Assembly (NCBI GenBank): GCA_964016885.1
Contig: OZ024743.1
Location: 312,914,001-312,978,000 of the forward strand
Direction: 5' to 3'
DNA: 64,000 bases
Source of the DNA: Eledone cirrhosa
Taxonomy: Eukaryota
Positions within the stretch are counted from its first letter, which is position 1. Every line of letters starts with the position of its first letter. The position numbers were made by a program, and so were the translations under genes. Of the stretch, positions 11,758 to 39,487 are shown piece by piece. The notes beneath the pieces are model-generated. The model was given only the letters and a program-made list of their open reading frames with translations, made no database searches and was not told the DNA's origin.

Positions 11758-14700
11758 GCTTTCTTTATTAACCACAAGGGTTTACACAAGTAGACATTAA
11801 GGACAGTTCAGGACAATACAGGACGATACAAATGGGCATTTCTGCATGTAAAAAAAACAAAAACAGGGGATGTAACATAAAAAGAAACAATGAAAAATTC
11901 CCCAATAGGGGGGAGACTTCCGAGAGACATTTGTGAAGAAAGCCCATTAAAAAAAGCCACGGTGACCCTGACTACCGGGGCAAGTGGCCTCTCCCAGTTT
12001 TCCACCTTCAATTTACAGGCACTACTCAGAGGGGCCATTCTTGCTTCTCTCACCCATCTTTCAACAAAATACTGGGAAGAGAGCACTTCCCTCTCTACCC
12101 TGATTTTCCTTTTTAAATGAAATTTGAAAAAGTTAATCAGGGTATCACCAAAGAGGTAAGTGCTCGTCTTCAGCCCTTTCAAACAAATCCACCATACTAT
12201 ATCTTTCGCCATGGCCACCAGACAGATAAAAATTGCCTGCCCTTCCCGGCTAAAGGAAGAGGGCGGAGCAATCCTCACGATGGACTCAGCTGATAGCTGG
12301 ATCCGTCCTACACGCGACAGCAGGTGTTCAACATAAACCCACAAGTCAGCAATGCTCGGACACTGGACGAGTGCATGCAGGACGGTTTGGTCGCCCTGTG
12401 CGCATCTCGGACATGGCCGGCTGACGGCACCTCCATGCCTGTAGAGTTTATCCCGAACTGGCAAAGCTCCTCGGTAACACTGCCAGGCCAGAGATTTCTG
12501 GAAGTTGTCCATAGGCCCCAGCCCGAAAGTTCTTCCGAAGAGATTGGCTAGTTGATTTTCGTTGACACCTAGAGTTTCCCCAAGTACGTCGTCGCTCTTC
12601 CCCTCCACTAATCCTCTATAGAACAACAAGGTGGAGTTTCCACCGATCAGATTGCCCGATTGGTCGAGGGTTGTGAGCGACTGAAGACATTCCAGTCTCC
12701 AAGCGTTCCCTCTCGGTCTTCGCTTGACCCAGGACTGCAGCTCCGTCAAGGAGATGAGCTGGTGAAACACGCGTCTAGCAAACGGCGACCACACCTGATC
12801 ACCGTCGAGGAAGAGGTGGAGATGTCGTAGCCTGAGTGCGTGTCTGCGCATCATCAGCCACGGCATGTCCAGCCCTCCACGTAGCGGGTGTTGACAGCAG
12901 ATGGACCACCTGACATTCGGAGCACGTCCCTTCCACAAAAAGCGAAAGAGCAAACGCTCCAGCGCAGTCAGGCGGGGCTTAGGACAAGGTACGATGGTAA
13001 GGCGGTAGCGGATGACAGACGAGATGTACGCGTTAACCACCTCCGCTCGACCTTTCAGGGATAGCTTCCTCTCCGCCCATTTCTGGGTGAGAGAAGCCAC
13101 CCTGCTCGTCACCTCGTCCCAGTTTTTGTCCGTCTGGAGGTCCGAACCAAACCAGACCCCTAGCAAATTAACCGGTCCGTCCGTCCAGCACCCAACGATG
13201 CTGTAGACGGCATGGACCTGCCTCCCCAGGTGCCGAGCTGCAGGCCCACCGACTTTTCCTGGTTGATCATTGCTCCTGTCACCGCTTCGTATTCTCTTAG
13301 TGTAGTGCCGATCGCCTCGATGTGTTTGGCATTTGACACCACTACGGTGTCATCGTCCGCATATGCTGACACGGATCTTCCGCATCCTAGTTCGCACGGG
13401 ACCCCCTCAACGTCTCCAGTTTGTGCAGTAATGGCTCGAGAGTCAATACGTACAAGAGAGACGAGAGGGGACATCCTTGGCGGACCGAGCACATGATGTT
13501 GAACGGTTTTGAAAGGTGACCGTTCACTCTCACCACAGAGCAGATGTCGCTGTGCATGGCAGCGATCCAGCCTCTGAAACGGGCCCAAAGCCAGCCGCCC
13601 TCAGGACTGCCGCCAGATAACGATGGTCGACCCTATCGAAAGCTTTCGACTGATCTGTTCCAGGTTCCCTAGCTACCCTCTCCACGATGTATGGCATGAG
13701 GTGGAGGTTATCGTGGATGGATCTGTCGGGAATGGCACATGTCTGCGCCTCTCCCACCAGACCACCAATGACAAGTGCCAACCTCTTTGCTCGCACCTTG
13801 GCCAAAATCTTGAACTCTGTGTTTAGCAGAGTTATGGGCCTGAAATTATCTATGTTATCCCCCTTGTTAAGATCCTTTCTCAGCAGTGCCACCGCTCCTC
13901 TGTTCACAGAGCTGGAAATTCTCCCGTTCTGTTGCCAGTTGCAGTAGACATCCGCTAAGAGGTCTCCGAACAAGTCTGGCATCTGTACGTAAAGTTCATA
14001 CGGCAGACCATCCAAACCAGGCGATTTACCCCTTGTGCAGCCAGTCATTGCCTCCCGTATTTCAGCTGCTGTTATCGGATTTTTGCAACACTCCGCCTCA
14101 GTGGCCGAGAGCCGCGGAGTCCATCGAGGTAGACACTAAAGTCCATCCCTCAATCCGGCCCGCCGCTGCTCCCGGACAGCTTAGCAAAATGTCGCTGAGA
14201 GGCTCCACACATTTTCCCGGGATCGAGTAGCATGCATCCATCGTGGTCCACCAAAGACCGGATTGTGGGTTTGTTGCCACAACGCGCCTCCGCCACTCGG
14301 GCCCATTGAACGGTTTTCATCCCCTCGTGTCTGAGAGCACGCACCCTAGCTCTGACAACGCAGCCTTCGTGCTTTGCATTGAAGAATTGGTCAAGGGCCA
14401 ATTTCGCCGCAAGTACGTCGGTCGCGATGCCTTTGTTAAGCACCTCGTCTAATTTTCTAACTAGTTCTCCTTCTGCTCTTTTTTTTCTCTATTGCTAAAG
14501 CCTTACTAAACCTAATGGACTCTATTCTAATCGCTCTTTTCAGAGCAAACCACCATTTGTTGTTGACGATGATCCCTGTCAATGCCCGCTTAACTACTTC
14601 GCTAATCCGGTCTCTGTAGGCCTTACGCGCTGTTAATGGCGCGTTTAGTTTCTAGTCCTTGTCTATGAAGCCTATCTAAGTCAACCACACAGATCACGAA

Positions 14701-14850
14701 TTTGTGGTCCGTGTAGTTGACAATAGTGAATTGTAGACAGCCTAAGCTAGGCCTATCTATTTCCCTACAAAATACTCTATCTAGATATGATCTGGATGAC
14801 CCGATGCGGTTTGTCCAAGTCTACATTGGCACTAAACGAGTGCGTGCATG
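11758..14850 (-). mobile_element. 5'-truncated, frameshifted Tx1/L1-clade LINE (ORF2: end of endonuclease, RT, C-terminal zinc finger)
   Basis: Minus-strand ORFs: KSPGLDGLPYELY, NFRPITLLNTEFKILAK, DQSKAFDRVDHRYL, SAYADD, KLSLKGRAEVVN, CPRC...TVLHALVQC; endonuclease end SYLDRVF...TDHK near 14700-14800. Confidence 0.9.
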
Positions 14851-14865
14851 ACGGTTTCAATAATA

Positions 14866-14897
<32 letters not shown>

Positions 14898-14900
14898 ATA

Positions 14901-14934
<34 letters not shown>

Positions 14935-14954
14935 TATATATATATATATGTATA

Positions 14955-15700
14955 TAATAATAATTGTTTCAACTTTTGGCACAAGGCCAGCAATTATGCC
15001 AGTAAATTACTGGTACTTTATTTTATCGATCCCGTAAGGGTGAAAGACAAAGTTAACCTCGGCGGGATTTGAACTCAGAATGGCAAGGGCCGTAACTCTA
15101 TGTGTCAAAGCATGGCGTCCGACCCTCTACCGATACTGCCAATCCACCATTTTATCAACCCCGTAAGGATGAAAGGCAAAGTTAACCTCGGCGGGGTTTA
15201 AACTCAGACCATAAAGGGCCGTATAATAATTGTTTCTACTTTAGGCACAAGGCCAGCAGTTACCCAGTACATTACTGGTACTTTATTTTATCGAACCCGT
15301 AAGGATGAAAGGCAAAGTTAGCCTCGACGGGATTTGTATAATAATAATTGTTTCTACTTTTGGCACAAGGCCAGCAATTATCCAGTACATTACTGGTACT
15401 TTATTTTATCAACCCCGTAAGGATGAAAGGCAAAGTTAGCCTCGGCAGGGTTTAAACTCAGACCATAAAGGACTGTATAATAATAATAATAATAATAATT
15501 GTTTCTACTTTAGGCACAAGGCCAGCAGTTACCCAGTACATTACTGGTACTTTATTTTATCAACCCCGTAAGGATGAAAGGCAAAGTTAACCTCGGCAGG
15601 GTTTAAACTCAGACCATAAAGGACTGTATAATAATAATAATAATAATAATTGTTTCTACTTTTGGCACAAGGCCAGCAATTACCCAGTACATTACTGAAT
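14955..15700 (-). repeat. Head-to-tail tandem array of about six SINE family 1 units
   Basis: Repeated ATAATTGTTTCTACTTT(T/A)GGCACAAGGCCAGCA...GGATGAAAGGCAAAGTTA units separated by (TAA)n. Confidence 0.9.
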
Positions 15701-15819
15701 AATAATACAAGGATGCTTTGTTATGCCTTCATTACATTTATTAATTGGTAACATGCGTTTCGCTATTGATTAGCTCAAGGTTTGATCTGGCCTAACTCTG
15801 GAATCAAGAGCTCTTCGGA

Positions 15820-17004
<1,185 letters not shown>

Positions 17005-17254
17005 TATATGCATATATATATATATGCATGTATATATATATGCATATATATATGCACATATATATATATGCATATATATATGCATATATATATGCACATA
17101 TATATATATATGCATGTATATATATATGCATATATACATATATACATATGCATATATATATATATATATATATATGCATATATATATAAGCACACATATA
17201 TATGTGTGCATATATATATGCATATATATATGCATATATATATATGTACATATA

Positions 17255-18220
17255 TCATCATCATCATCAACGTTTAACGTCCATCTTCCATACTTGCATG
17301 GGTTTGGACGGGAATTTTACCACTTGAGGCAAGATTGGTTGTCTTGCTCGTATAGGACTGTGTTTTTTTATCGTGACACCTACACGACCTCATTTATTTC
17401 GGACTGGATGTTGTGGTACCAACATAACTTTACATCGAAAGGGGTGCTGTGGATGGGGTGGCGGTGGTGGAACAGGGGTGTATTTTTGTTAGAGGTGCCT
17501 ACTGACTGTAGGTTTCACTTTGTACTTAGGCAAGGCGGGTCTTCTGTATTACTGTGTAGCGTCAAAGATCTCGGTCCAGTGACATTGTCTTGGAGAGGTG
17601 TAAGAGTGTGAGGTCGGAATTTATCAAGTCGTCCCAGGTTTTTCTGGGTCTGCCTACTCCGTGGTTACCGTCTATTTTTATCACCCTGCACTATTTTATA
17701 CAGCTGTCGTCTTTCATGCGCATCAATTGATCATACCAACGTAGTCTTCTCTCGAGTAAACAACATCTGATTCCTCTTATTCCTAATTTCTCCCTTAGTT
17801 CATTTATGCTTTGCCGTTCACGTATATTACTATTACACATCCAACGGAGCATGCAAGCTTCATTCCTCTCCCGTATATCCTCTGCACACGATGCCCAAGT
17901 CTCACTGCCATGTAACATTGTGGTATAAGCTCTCTTAACTTTTTCCATCCCGTTCTGACTCTAGCTACTGTACTTTCAGAGTACCCTCCACCACTGCTGA
18001 TTTTGTCACCCAGGTAACGGAAGGTGTCCACTATTTCTATAGAACCATCTGTGGAATGGAACCAGTTAGTATTCTGTGGGCACTTGCTGCTACTTATTGC
18101 ACCTGAGCACTGGCCACATGTAAAATCTATGTTCTTAGTTAGCTTACCTGTGATCCCACTACATCTTTTATGCACTCAGACTTTGAATTTGGGACATAAA
18201 ATGGAGTTTCTGCCTACTCC
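17255..18220 (-). mobile_element. 5'-truncated RTE LINE, family B, including part of the PHD finger
   Basis: [11 protein letters not shown]...[44 protein letters not shown]; (GAT)n tail at ~17255-17270. Confidence 0.9.
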
Positions 18221-29376
<11,156 letters not shown>

Positions 29377-29576
29377 NNNNNNNNNNNNNNNNNNNNNNNN
29401 NNNNNNNNNNNNNNNNNNNNNNNNNNNNNNNNNNNNNNNNNNNNNNNNNNNNNNNNNNNNNNNNNNNNNNNNNNNNNNNNNNNNNNNNNNNNNNNNNNNN
29501 NNNNNNNNNNNNNNNNNNNNNNNNNNNNNNNNNNNNNNNNNNNNNNNNNNNNNNNNNNNNNNNNNNNNNNNNNNNN
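29377..29576. other. Assembly gap (200 N)
   Basis: Run of exactly 200 N; microsatellite type differs on each side. Confidence 1.
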
Positions 29577-29729
29577 CATACATATATATACATATATACA
29601 TATATATATAACATATATACATATATATATACATATATATACATATATATATATATAATAAACATATATATATATACATATATATTATATATGTACATAC
29701 TTATATATATATATATACATATATATATA

Positions 29730-29761
<32 letters not shown>

Positions 29762-29816
29762 GTACATACATATTATATATATATACATATATTATATACA
29801 TATATATATATATATG

Positions 29817-29856
<40 letters not shown>

Positions 29857-29888
29857 TACATATATATATATATATATATGTACATACA

Positions 29889-29923
<35 letters not shown>

Positions 29924-29973
29924 GTACATACATATATATATATATGTACATACATATATATATATGTACATAC

Positions 29974-30025
<52 letters not shown>

Positions 30026-30041
30026 GTATGTATGTATAACA

Positions 30042-30074
<33 letters not shown>

Positions 30075-30235
30075 ATACATATATATATATGTATGTATGT
30101 ATGTATGTATATACATATATATATATATGTATGTACGTATGTATATATATATATATATGTATGTATGTATATATATATATGTATGTATGTATATATATAC
30201 ATATATATATATATGTATATATATATATGTATGTA

Positions 30236-30314
<79 letters not shown>

Positions 30315-30358
30315 GTATATATATACATATATATATGTATATATATATATATACCATG

Positions 30359-30389
<31 letters not shown>

Positions 30390-30531
30390 GTATATACATA
30401 CATATATATATATATATATATACATATATATATGTATATACATACATATATATATATGTATATACATACATATATATATATATATACATATATATATGTA
30501 TATACATACATATATATATATATATATGTAT

Positions 30532-30576
<45 letters not shown>

Positions 30577-30577
30577 C

Positions 30578-30608
<31 letters not shown>

Positions 30609-30736
30609 CATACATATATATATATATATTATGTATATACATACATATATATATATATATATATATGAATATACATACATATATATATATATATATGTAT
30701 ATATATTGTATATACATACATATATATATATATATG

Positions 30737-30770
<34 letters not shown>

Positions 30771-30771
30771 C

Positions 30772-30820
<49 letters not shown>

Positions 30821-30844
30821 CATACATACATATATATATATATG

Positions 30845-30948
<104 letters not shown>

Positions 30949-31475
30949 TACATACATATATATATATATATACATACATATATATATATATATACATACA
31001 TATATATATATGTATACATACATATATATATATGTATATATATACATACATACATATATATATATATATAATACATACATACATATATATATATATACAT
31101 ACATACATATATATATATATACATACATACATACATATATATATACATACATACATAATATATATATATGTATATATATACATACATACATACATACATA
31201 TATATATATATGTATATATATACATACATACATATATATATATATATACATACATACATATATATATATGCATATATATACATACATACATATATATATA
31301 TATATACATACATACATATATATATATGCATATATATACATACATACATATATATATATATACATACATACATATATATATATGCATATATATACATACA
31401 TACATATATATATATATAACATACATACATATATATATATGCATATATATACATACATACATACATATATGTATA

Positions 31476-31588
31476 TGGTGGCTGCCAACTCGTTTTCGAG
31501 TACGGCCACTACTTTATATCCATGTAGGAGAACCCCTACCGAAGCGCTGAACGAGTGTGAATTTTTAGTCCAGCCAGCGACTCGAAAA
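31476..31588 (-). mobile_element. 3' fragment of short RTE-derived non-autonomous element
   Basis: Reverse complement of ~32068-32180. Confidence 0.8.
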
Positions 31589-31966
31589 TATATATATGTA
31601 TATATATATATATATGTAGGTATATATGTATATACATATATATATATATATATGTATGTATGTATATACATATATGTATGTATATACATATATATATATA
31701 TGTATGTATATACATTTATATATATATGTATGTATATACATATATATATATATATATGTATGTATATACATATATATATATATATATATATGTATGTATA
31801 TACATATATATATATATATATATATGTATGTTGTATATAAATATATATAGTATCATATATGTATATGTATGTATATACATATATATATACATATATGTAT
31901 GTATAAACCATATATATATATACATATATATGTATGTATGTATGTATGTACGTATGTATGTATGTA

Positions 31967-32180
31967 TGCTTTATATCTGGAGATCTCTCTGCACTTGTCC
32001 TCACATGGTACCATGGGCCCAGCACTATGTGTCAATAATTGTCACAAGTGTAGTGTTTGTACCAGAGTTTTCGAGTCGCTGGCTGGACTAAAAAGTCACA
32101 CTCGTTCAGCGCTTCGGTAGGGGTTCTCCTACATGGATATAAAGTAGTGGCCGTACTCGAAAACGAGTTGGCAGCCACCA
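31967..32180 (+). mobile_element. 5'-truncated short RTE-derived non-autonomous element
   Basis: Matches 36783-36997; encodes a remnant C2H2-like [20 protein letters not shown]. Confidence 0.8.
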
Positions 32181-32291
32181 TATACATATATGTATTGTAT
32201 GTATGTATGTATATATATACATATATGTATGTATGTATGTATATATATATATATATGTATGTATGTATATATATATATATACATATGTATG

Positions 32292-32322
<31 letters not shown>

Positions 32323-32343
32323 ATATATATATATATACATATG

Positions 32344-32380
<37 letters not shown>

Positions 32381-32411
32381 GTATGTATATATATATATAT
32401 ATATGTATGTG

Positions 32412-32442
<31 letters not shown>

Positions 32443-32600
32443 ATATATATATATATATGTATGTATATATATATACATATATACATATGTATGTATATGT
32501 ATATATATATACATATATATATATGTATGTATATATATATATATATATACATATATGTATGTATATATATATATATTATACATATATATATGTATGTATA

Positions 32601-32631
<31 letters not shown>

Positions 32632-32640
32632 GTATGTATA

Positions 32641-32711
<71 letters not shown>

Positions 32712-32714
32712 GTA

Positions 32715-32747
<33 letters not shown>

Positions 32748-32754
32748 GTATGTA

Positions 32755-32785
<31 letters not shown>

Positions 32786-32827
32786 GTATGTATATATATA
32801 TATATATATACATATATATTATGTATG

Positions 32828-32881
<54 letters not shown>

Positions 32882-32896
32882 ATATATATATGTATG

Positions 32897-32957
<61 letters not shown>

Positions 32958-33006
32958 ATATATATATATATATATGTATGTATATATATATATATATATA
33001 TGTATG

Positions 33007-33093
<87 letters not shown>

Positions 33094-33477
33094 GTATATA
33101 TGTATGTATGTATGTATGTATATATATATGTATGTATGTATATATATGTATGTATGTATATATATATATACATATATGTATGTATGTATATATATATATA
33201 CATATATGTATGTATGTATATATATACATATATATATATGTATGTATGTATGTATATATATACATACATATATATGTATGTATTGTATATATATACATAT
33301 ATATATATGTATGTATGTATGTATATACATATATATATATGTATGTAAGTATATATATACATATATATATATGTATGTATGTATATATATACATATATAT
33401 ATATGTATGTAAGTATATATATACATATATATATATGTATGTATGTATATATATACATATATATATATGTATGTATG

Positions 33478-33508
<31 letters not shown>

Positions 33509-33617
33509 ATATATACATATATATATATGTATGTAAGTATATATATACATATATATATGTATGTATGTAAGTATATATATACATATATATATGTATGTAT
33601 GTAAGTATATATATACA

Positions 33618-33653
<36 letters not shown>

Positions 33654-33817
33654 TGTATATACATATATATGTATGTATGTATGTATGTATATATATACAT
33701 ATATATATGTATGTATGTATGTATGTATATATATACATATATATATGTATGTATGTATGTATGTATATATATACATATATATATGTATGTATGTATGTAT
33801 GTATATATATACATATG

Positions 33818-33849
<32 letters not shown>

Positions 33850-34380
33850 TATACATATATATATGTATGTATGTATGTATATATATACATATGTATATAT
33901 ATATACATATATACATATATGTATATATATATACATATATGTATATATATACATATTATATATATGTATATATATACATATATATATATATGTATATATA
34001 TACATATATATATATGTATATATATACATATATATATATGTATATATATACATATATATATATGTATATATATACATATATATATATGTATATATATACA
34101 TATATATATATGTATATATATACATATATATATATGTATATATATACATATATATATATGTATATATATACATATATATGTATATATATTACATATATAT
34201 ATATGTATAATATATACATATATATATATGTATATATATACATATATATGTATATATATACATATATATATATGTATATATATACATATATATATATGTA
34301 TATATATACATATATATATGTATATATACATATATATATATGTATATATATACATATATATATATGTATATATATACATA

Positions 34381-34413
<33 letters not shown>

Positions 34414-34547
34414 ATACATATATATGTATGTATGTATATACATATATATATATGTATGTATATACATATATATATATGTATGTATGTATGTATGTATATA
34501 CATATATATGTATGTTATGTACATATATATGTATGTATGTATGTATA

Positions 34548-34580
<33 letters not shown>

Positions 34581-34597
34581 ATACATATATATATATG

Positions 34598-34671
<74 letters not shown>

Positions 34672-34718
34672 TATACATATATATATATGTATGTATGTAT
34701 GTATATTATATATACATA

Positions 34719-34754
<36 letters not shown>

Positions 34755-34766
34755 TGTATATACATA

Positions 34767-34802
<36 letters not shown>

Positions 34803-34814
34803 TATATATACATA

Positions 34815-34850
<36 letters not shown>

Positions 34851-34866
34851 TGTATATATATACATA

Positions 34867-34902
<36 letters not shown>

Positions 34903-34918
34903 TGTATATATATACATA

Positions 34919-34953
<35 letters not shown>

Positions 34954-35093
34954 TATGTATGTATATACATATATATATGTATGTCTGTATGTATGTATAT
35001 ATATATATATGTATGTATGTATATATATACATATATATGTATGTATGTATATATATACATATGTATGTATGTATAATATACATATGTATGTAC

Positions 35094-35125
<32 letters not shown>

Positions 35126-35346
35126 ATATATACATATGTATGTATATATGTATATATATACATATGTATGTATATATGTATATATATACATATGTATGTA
35201 TATATGTATATATATACATATGTATGTATGTATGTATATATATACATATGTATGTATGTATGTATGTATGTATGCATATATATATATGTATGTATGTATG
35301 TATGTATATATATATATATATGTATGTATGTAAGTATATATATACA

Positions 35347-35379
<33 letters not shown>

Positions 35380-35458
35380 ACATATATATATGTATGTATG
35401 TATGTATGTATATATATACATATATATATGTATGTATGTATGTATGTATATATATACA

Positions 35459-35494
<36 letters not shown>

Positions 35495-35573
35495 TGTATG
35501 TATATACATATATATATGTATGTATGTATGTATATATATACATATATGTATATATATACATATATACAAAAAA

Positions 35574-36029
35574 AAAAGGCAAAGGAGCTCTTAAGAGTCA
35601 ATGGCCATCCAAAATCACCGGGAGAGATGACCCCTTAGCCTTTGTCAAGGCAGAATTCTAGGAGAAGGAAAACTCTGATATAACACCTGCAACCCTGATG
35701 GTATCCAATGATGTTGACTTGTTCTTCTTTTTTGGTAAATATCATCTTGGTTAAGAGAGTGGGACTGGCTTTGTGCAGTGCCTTTGCTCACTATAAAAGC
35801 TTCACGGCACAGGCATTGCTTTATATCTGGAGATCTCTCTGCATTTGTCGTCACATGGTACCATGGGCCCAGCACTATGTGTCAATAATTGTCACAAGTG
35901 TAGTGTTTGTACCAGAGCTTTCGAGTCGCTGGCTGGACTGGAAAGTCACACTCGTTCAGCGCATCAGTAGGGGTTCTCCTACATGGATATAAAGTAGTGG
36001 CCGTACTCGAAAACGAGTTGGCAGCCACC

Positions 36030-36030
<1 letters not shown>
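35574..36030 (+). mobile_element. 5'-truncated short RTE-derived non-autonomous element
   Basis: Nearly identical to 36541-36997. Confidence 0.8.
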
Positions 36031-36060
<30 letters not shown>

Positions 36061-36253
36061 TATATATATATTATATATGTATATATATTTATATATATAT
36101 GTATGTATGTATGTATATATATACATATATATATGTAATATATTTATATATATATATGTATGTATGTATATACATATATATATGTATGTATGTATATACA
36201 TATATATATGTATGTATGTATATACATATATATATGTATGAATGTATATACTA

Positions 36254-36286
<33 letters not shown>

Positions 36287-36384
36287 ATATATACATATAT
36301 ATGTATGTATATATATACATATATATGTATGTATATATATACATATATATGTATGTATGTATATATATACATATATATGTATGT

Positions 36385-36997
36385 CAGGTCAGGTCACCAG
36401 TTGGTGCTACTGGTAACATGTATTCCAGTACAACCTGTCCCCTGGTCGGGTCGTTGGCGACTAAACTGGCAACCCCACCAAGGTTTCTTGGTGAGGAGGG
36501 TGACTTTGGACATCCTGCAGGACTAAAAACAAAACCTGTCAAAAGGCAAAGGAGCTCTTAAGAGTCAATGGCCATCCAAAATCACCGGGAGAGATGACCC
36601 CTTAGCCTTTGTCAAGGCAGAATTCTAGGAGAAGGAAAACTCTGATATAATACCTGCAACCCTGATGGTATCCAATGATGTTGACTTGTTCTTCTTTTTG
36701 GTAAATATCATCTTGGTTAAGAGAGTGGGACTGGCTTTGTGCAGTGCCTTTGCTCACTATAAAAGCTTCACGGCACAGGCATTGCTTTATATCTGGAGAT
36801 CTCTCTGCATTTGTCGTCACATGGTACCATGGGCCCAGCACTATGTGTCAATAATTGTCACAAGTGTAGTGTTTGTACCAGAGCTTTCAAGTCGCTGGCT
36901 GGACTAAAAAGTCACACTCGTTCAGCGCATCAGTAGGGGTTCTCCTACATGGATATAAAGTAGTGGCCGTACTCGAAAACGAGTTGGCAGCCACCAT
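36385..36997 (+). mobile_element. Apparently full-length ~610-bp bipartite RTE-derived non-autonomous retroelement
   Basis: RTE-type 5'UTR motif TAGGAGAAGGAAAACTCTGA..ACCT joined to an ORF2 C-terminal zinc-finger remnant ([23 protein letters not shown]) and a 3' stem-loop ACTCG-AAAA-CGAGT; no pol III boxes seen. Confidence 0.7.
36387..36469 (+). ncRNA. HDV-like ribozyme fold (possibly degenerate) at the element 5' end
   Basis: P1 GGTCAGG/CCTGGTC, J1/2 hairpin ACCAGT/ACTGGT, P2 CCAGT/ACTGG, P3 ACA/TGT, GGG, P4 TCG/CGA, J4/2 CTAA; L3 is abnormally short. Confidence 0.45.
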
Positions 36998-38222
36998 ATA
37001 TGTATGTATGTATATATATACATATATATGTATGTATATATATACATATATATGTATGTATGTATATATATACATATATATGTATGTATGTATATATATA
37101 CATATATATGTATGTATGTATATATATACATATATATGTATGTATGTATATATATACATATATATGTATGTATGTATGTATATATTACATATATATGTAT
37201 GTATGTATTTATATTACATATGTATGTATGTATGTATATATATACATATATATGTATGTATGTATGTATATATATACATATATATGTATGTATGTATGTA
37301 TATATATACATATATATGTATGTATGTTATGTATGTATGTATGTATATATGTATATATATACATATATATGTATGTATGTATATATATACATATATATGT
37401 ATGTATGTATATATATACATATATATGTATGTATGTATATATATACATATATATGTATGTATATATATACATATATATATGTATGTATGTATATATATAC
37501 ATATATATATATGTATGTATATATATACATATATATATATGTATGTATATATATACATATACATATATATGTATGTATATACATATGTAATGTATATATA
37601 TACATATATATGTATGTATGTATATATATACATATATATGTATGTATGTATATATATATACATATGTATGTATGTATGTATATATATACATATATATGTA
37701 TGTATGTATGTATATATATACATATATATGTATGTATGTATATATATACATATATATGTATGTATGTATATATATACATATATATGTATGTATGTATGTA
37801 TATATATACATATATATATGTATGTATGTATATATATACATATATATATGTATGTATATATATAAATATATATATGTATGTATATATATACATATATATA
37901 TGTATGTATATATATATATATATGTATATATATATAAATATATATATGTATGTATATATATACATATATATATGTATGTATATATATACATATATATATA
38001 TAGTATGTATATATATACATATATATATATATATGTATGTATATACATATATATATATATGTATGTATATATATATTATATGTATGTATATATATATATA
38101 TATGTATGTATATATATACATATATATATATATATGTATGTATATACATATATATATATATATGTATGTATATACATATATATATATATATGTATGTATA
38201 TATATATATATATATATGTATG

Positions 38223-38253
<31 letters not shown>

Positions 38254-38282
38254 ATATATACATATATATATATATATGTATG

Positions 38283-38313
<31 letters not shown>

Positions 38314-38353
38314 GTATATATATATATATATATATGTATGTATATATATATAC

Positions 38354-38395
<42 letters not shown>

Positions 38396-38397
38396 GC

Positions 38398-38467
<70 letters not shown>

Positions 38468-38521
38468 GTATATATATACATATATATATATATGTATATA
38501 TATACATATATATATATATGT

Positions 38522-38590
<69 letters not shown>

Positions 38591-38725
38591 GTATATATAT
38601 ACATATATATATATATATATGTATGTATATATATACATATATATATATATGTATATATATACATATATATATATATATGTATATATATACATTATATATA
38701 TATATATATATATGTATATATACTA

Positions 38726-38760
<35 letters not shown>

Positions 38761-38886
38761 GTATGTATATATATACATATATATATATATATATTATGTA
38801 TGTATATATATACATATATATATATATATACATATATATCTTATATATATTGTATGTATATATATACATATATATATATATGTATG

Positions 38887-38954
<68 letters not shown>

Positions 38955-38967
38955 CATATATATATAC

Positions 38968-39116
<149 letters not shown>

Positions 39117-39161
39117 CATATACATATATATATACACATATTCATATATATATACATATAC

Positions 39162-39275
<114 letters not shown>

Positions 39276-39286
39276 GTATGTATGTA

Positions 39287-39327
<41 letters not shown>

Positions 39328-39329
39328 AC

Positions 39330-39363
<34 letters not shown>

Positions 39364-39401
39364 GTATGTATGTATTAATATATACATATATATATGTATT
39401 A

Positions 39402-39487
<86 letters not shown>

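Noticed and set aside
36854-36934. C2H2 zinc-finger host gene exon
   Set aside because: A single finger inside a multi-copy retroelement 3' end, with no splice context or tandem fingers.
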